Source: the human T2T-CHM13v2.0 reference genome, Homo sapiens. Taken from it: a DNA stretch of 64,000 nt. Below the pieces are notes generated by a model. That model was not told where the DNA came from. It was given only the letters and a program-made list of their open reading frames with translations, and searched no databases. The translations under genes and the position numbers were made by a program. The DNA is taken from assembly GCF_009914755.1 (NCBI RefSeq), contig NC_060932.1, one strand, 5' to 3'. Positions 60,126-64,000 of the stretch are shown here, in pieces; positions within the stretch are counted from its first letter, which is position 1; each line of letters opens with the position of its first letter.

Positions 60126-60154
60126 TATTTATACGCCGGGAGGCTCCTGACGCA
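60126..60154 (-). promoter_or_regulatory. NEFL: NEFL core promoter: TATAAATA 60126-60133; CRE/AP-1-like TGACGCA 60148-60154
   Basis: Plus strand tatttata ~120 bp upstream of the ATG, within a CpG island. Confidence 0.85.
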
Positions 60155-60731
60155 GCCTGCGATCGATCACGGCACGCCGTCCAGTGGGGGCAGCGCGCTG
60201 CTGCAGCCAAGGCGAGGATTCTGCGCAAAAGGGAAGGCGGGGTCGAGCTACGGCCCGAGGAGCTGCGGCGGTCGTCCTTTCCACTTTGCTCAGAGGGCCC
60301 TGATTTTCTCTGAGATCCCATGCCCCCTCACTCATTTCCCTTCTGTACTCACTCACGCAGCCCCTCCCGTCCTGCATCGCCCAGACCCCGTGACACTTGG
60401 ATCCTTAAGTTGCCCCCAAAACAGGTTCTTGCTCCCTTTTGACACCCTAGTTTTCTGTATCCCGTCACCTCGCAGACACCCTGTCCCCCCAACTCGCCCT
60501 TTTCCCACCAGGAACCTCCTTAATTTTTTCCCTTGGTGTTTACGGTGATGGTGCGGCTAGGGAATTTTAGATACAAATAAATAGGCTAGGTTATGTGTAT
60601 GCAGTATGTATGGAGAAGAGTTTTAATTTCTTTCTAGCTTTCTGGCACTTTCTGCAATTCATCTTCCTTTCTCCTGATTATTTTTCTTTTTCTTTAATGA
60701 GCTGCTTAACACATAGGGAATTTGCGCGCGA

Positions 60732-60769
60732 GTGCGCGCGCGCGCGCGCGCACACACACACACACACAC
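60732..60769. repeat. Compound (CG)n(CA)n microsatellite, Z-DNA-prone
   Basis: 38 bp of uninterrupted purine-pyrimidine alternation. Confidence 0.95.
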
Positions 60770-63471
60770 TCGTGAAACTGCGGCACTACTGCAGGTATTG
60801 GTTTAGCATTTTTAAACCTTTACAGCAGTTAATCCGCCTGTTAGTGTTTCTAGATTTTCACATTTCTTAACTGAGAATGAAGCCGCAGATGGCTTTAACG
60901 TGTTGCAGTGTGTGGGTGGTGGAGGGCAGAGAAAGAGTTGGAAACACAGAGACTGACTTGCTGAGGCAGCCGCGCGCTCCGCAGCCGGGAGCTTCAAGCT
61001 GCCTGGATCCTCACCAAGCTAAATTCCTGCTTGCTACCACCAACCGCAGCACATTTAAAGTCCGCTTTCCTCTTTTTACACATGTGTAGCACACGACCTG
61101 ATGATTTCGATAAGCCTTGCAGTTGGCTGATTTTCAGGGAAGCCGCTGCGGCCAGCCCTGAGCGCTGGGTGTGGTCTCTGGGGAGGAGAACTCGGCACCC
61201 AGGCTTCTTCAGGAACGGATAGAAAATAGCCATAGCCGCGTGACTCTTCCCCCGATACAATGTAATAACCCGAAAACAGATGCAGTCAGGAATGCATGGA
61301 TTTCCTTCAGGAAGCACCCAGATGCTTGAAACTGGCGCACGCGGTAGCGCACGTGGATACAACCCTACGGTTTGCAGGGCATTTTCACACGCATGATGTT
61401 AGGAGTCCCCCAGGTTTCATGGAGGGATTGCAGAGATTTACACGAAACACCTAAGATTTATCTGAGCAAGCATTTAGTTTTTGTTTTATTTGTATATCGC
61501 AGCATTTGATGTGCAACTTATGTTTTTTTTAAGAGGCAAACTGAGGGGGAATATGGTAACTGTTTTCAAATAGAGAAGCCGGAATGGCTTCCCCTGTGAT
61601 ACTTGGAGGGTGAAGTATTTGCAGTGGTGCAGTTGCTTCTGGAGACATTTCACTCCTCTCCCGAGGAAAGGATGGGGTGAGGCTTATCCTCAGAGGCCCT
61701 TTCTCATCCCCCCCCCAAAAAAAATACCTGTGATTGTGATAGCCCACCGTCCTCATGATAGACTGCAGCAGATAACTTTCCTCGGGTTTCTAAACAATGT
61801 CTGTTGTCGCAAATAATGCAAATTCACAAATATTGAAATTAGTAGTTTAAATCTATCAAGACTAAGTGATCTCAGAGGACCATCCATGCCCAAATATTCT
61901 AGATTTCAAGCCTAAGGTCATGAGGCTGTCCTGAATATTGTTTGTCCCTGGCAGGTTTGGTAGGGTACTTACTCTGTTGACTTTTCATAGCCTAGCTATC
62001 CTTGGTCTTTTCACTCATGAAATTCAAGGGTGGAATAGGCTTCTCTGGAGGCGGAGGGTGGAACAAGGACCCAGATAAGCCATAGAGTTGTCTCCTCTCA
62101 ATTACCCATATGTAGATGAAGCGTGGCAGAATGGATTATTTTGTTAACCTGCTCCCTGCAAACCTCATTGTTCCACACTCAGTGTGTGTGAGTCTGCATA
62201 AAACACACTCTCAGGTATTTATGAATTCGTTTCCTTTGTGCCAGCTGTCTTTCCCCGGAGTTTCAGGTCACCCTCAGATCTTAAGTCCATCAGCGTTTTT
62301 TTTCTTTCTTTCTTTTTTTTTTTTTCTTTTTTTCCGCGGCTCCTCCCTGAAGCCTTTGACTGCAGAGGAGGCTGCCCAGAAAGGAGAGGGGCAGCGGGTG
62401 CTGCAGAGGGATGCTTCAGAGAGAAGAAACCATTGGGGCACCTGCTGCCTGCCGTCCCCTGGGTAGCTGGAAAAAAGAGGAACACAGGAGCAAAGGGTGA
62501 GAATGGGACCCTTTCCTGTGCTGAACCCGGCCCACAGAGTGGGGGAAGGGGCAGATCCACCGCGTTTAGGCTTATCGATCTCTGGTCTTTTTAAATATCT
62601 CCTGGCCTGGCCACCTCATACTCCACGACAGCCTTGCTTTGCAGGACTCCCGAATCCAGCCGGGGTCTGAGTTTTGGTTACTCTATCTTCAGCCTTCCTC
62701 TGCCAGGTGCCTGCCTCTTCTTTAATATTCTGTCCAGTCATCCTCCTTTTTGAATCCTCTTTCCAGCATTTTGCTCTAAAAGCACACATGGCATTGCTTT
62801 GTGTGGCAAAGCAAAGTGAGCAACTTTAGAAAACCTATTTAGGTAGAATATATATATTGACTTTTTCTTTCCCTCACCATAAATGTTTCTGATTAGTGCT
62901 GTTTGTAGTAGAGTCGCAGTCTCTTTAGAAGGAGGCTTTTGAGTCTTGTCACACCCTTATGCATTTATTCCCCTTTAAACATATTCTCTGCAAACCTGAA
63001 CTTGGTTGAGGGCTATCAACAAAACATGCTCCTGGGAGATTAAAAATATGGAAGTATGTTGATGACCCCTTTAACAGAATTCCTACCACTCTGGTTATCC
63101 CTAATACTTCTGTAACCCTCCAAAGAACTGTCCCAGGTCATTTAGTTAAAAAGCAAATATCTTCACAGTAATAATAAAAAAAAAAACATAAGGCATAACT
63201 CTTAGAACCACTGAAAACATTCTACTTCTTCTCCAGTGCCAGCAGAGCCTGAAAGTTTCAGATAGATGGGACCTGGCGACTGATGACTTTTCATTTTATT
63301 ATTCTAAAGCCATCTGAGAAAGCAGGAAGTTCTGTATTGGCATGTGTTTTTGAAAAGGTCAGCTTTAGGGTAGGGCCCATGAAAAGCCTCAGTCCAAGAA
63401 TCAAAAAAGTCAAGTTCTCCTACCACCAATAAGCTCTGGCAGAAGTCCTAGGATAGAACAGCGGATGAGTC

Positions 63472-63798
63472 GGCCGGGCGCAGTGGCTCATGCCTGTAAT
63501 CCCAGCACTTGGGGAGGTCGAGGCGGGTAGATCACAAGGTCAGGAGTTCGAGACCAGCCTGGCCAATATGGTGAAAACCCGTCTCTACTAAAAATACAAA
63601 AAAATTAGCCGGGTGTGGTGGCACATGCCTTCAATCCCAGCTACTCAGGAGACTGAGGCAGCAGAACTGCTTGAATCTGGGAGGTGGGGTTGCAGTGAGC
63701 TGAGATCGCGCCACTGCACTCCAGCCTGGGTGACAGAGTGAGACTGCATCTCAAAAAAAAAAAAAAAAAAAAAAAAAAGAAGAAGAAAGAAAAGAAAA
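63472..63798 (+). mobile_element. Alu (AluSg-like)
   Basis: Full-length Alu, poly(A); TSD-like agaacagc(g/a)gat...gagtc. Confidence 0.95.
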
Positions 63799-64000
63799 AG
63801 AACAGCAGATCAGCAGATGAGTCTCCATCCATCTCACCACCAGGTAGATACATCAGTGTCACCAAAGCTGGCATCAGTACATGGATGCAAGGAAACCCAG
63901 TAAATAAATGCATGCAAGATACCTGCTATATGACAGGCATTTGCTATCTTGTATTGAATAATGACAAGATCACCTGGAGATGGTCACTATTATTCAGAGC

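Overview
Human (primate) genomic DNA containing the neurofilament locus (8p21 in human). NEFM (+ strand, 3 coding exons, 916 aa) and NEFL (- strand, 4 coding exons, 543 aa) lie tail to tail. About 32 kb of repeat-rich intergenic DNA separates them (Alu, MaLR, ERV1 LTRs, L2/MIR), with an orphan CpG island at ~45.3-47.0 kb. Both gene models close exactly on GT-AG junctions with intact frames. Also present are MIR6841 in NEFL intron 2, a near-consensus REST/RE1 site upstream of NEFM, and several nested transposon insertions. The most notable unexplained items are five. (1) A tailless retroposed 5' half of tRNA-Gln(CTG), with a 20-bp target-site duplication, lies antisense inside the long-isoform-only part of the NEFL 3'UTR. 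(2) A 95-codon in-frame open extension follows the NEFM stop, paralleling the known cryptic amyloidogenic element after the NEFL stop. (3) Charge-inverting +1 frames run through the last exons of both genes. (4) A very young AluYd8-type insertion is probably polymorphic. (5) Both 3'UTRs share a miR-25/92 8mer site, and NEFM has a UGCAUG cluster. Repeat family names are assigned by eye from remembered consensus sequences, and their boundaries are approximate. No novel protein-coding system is supported.
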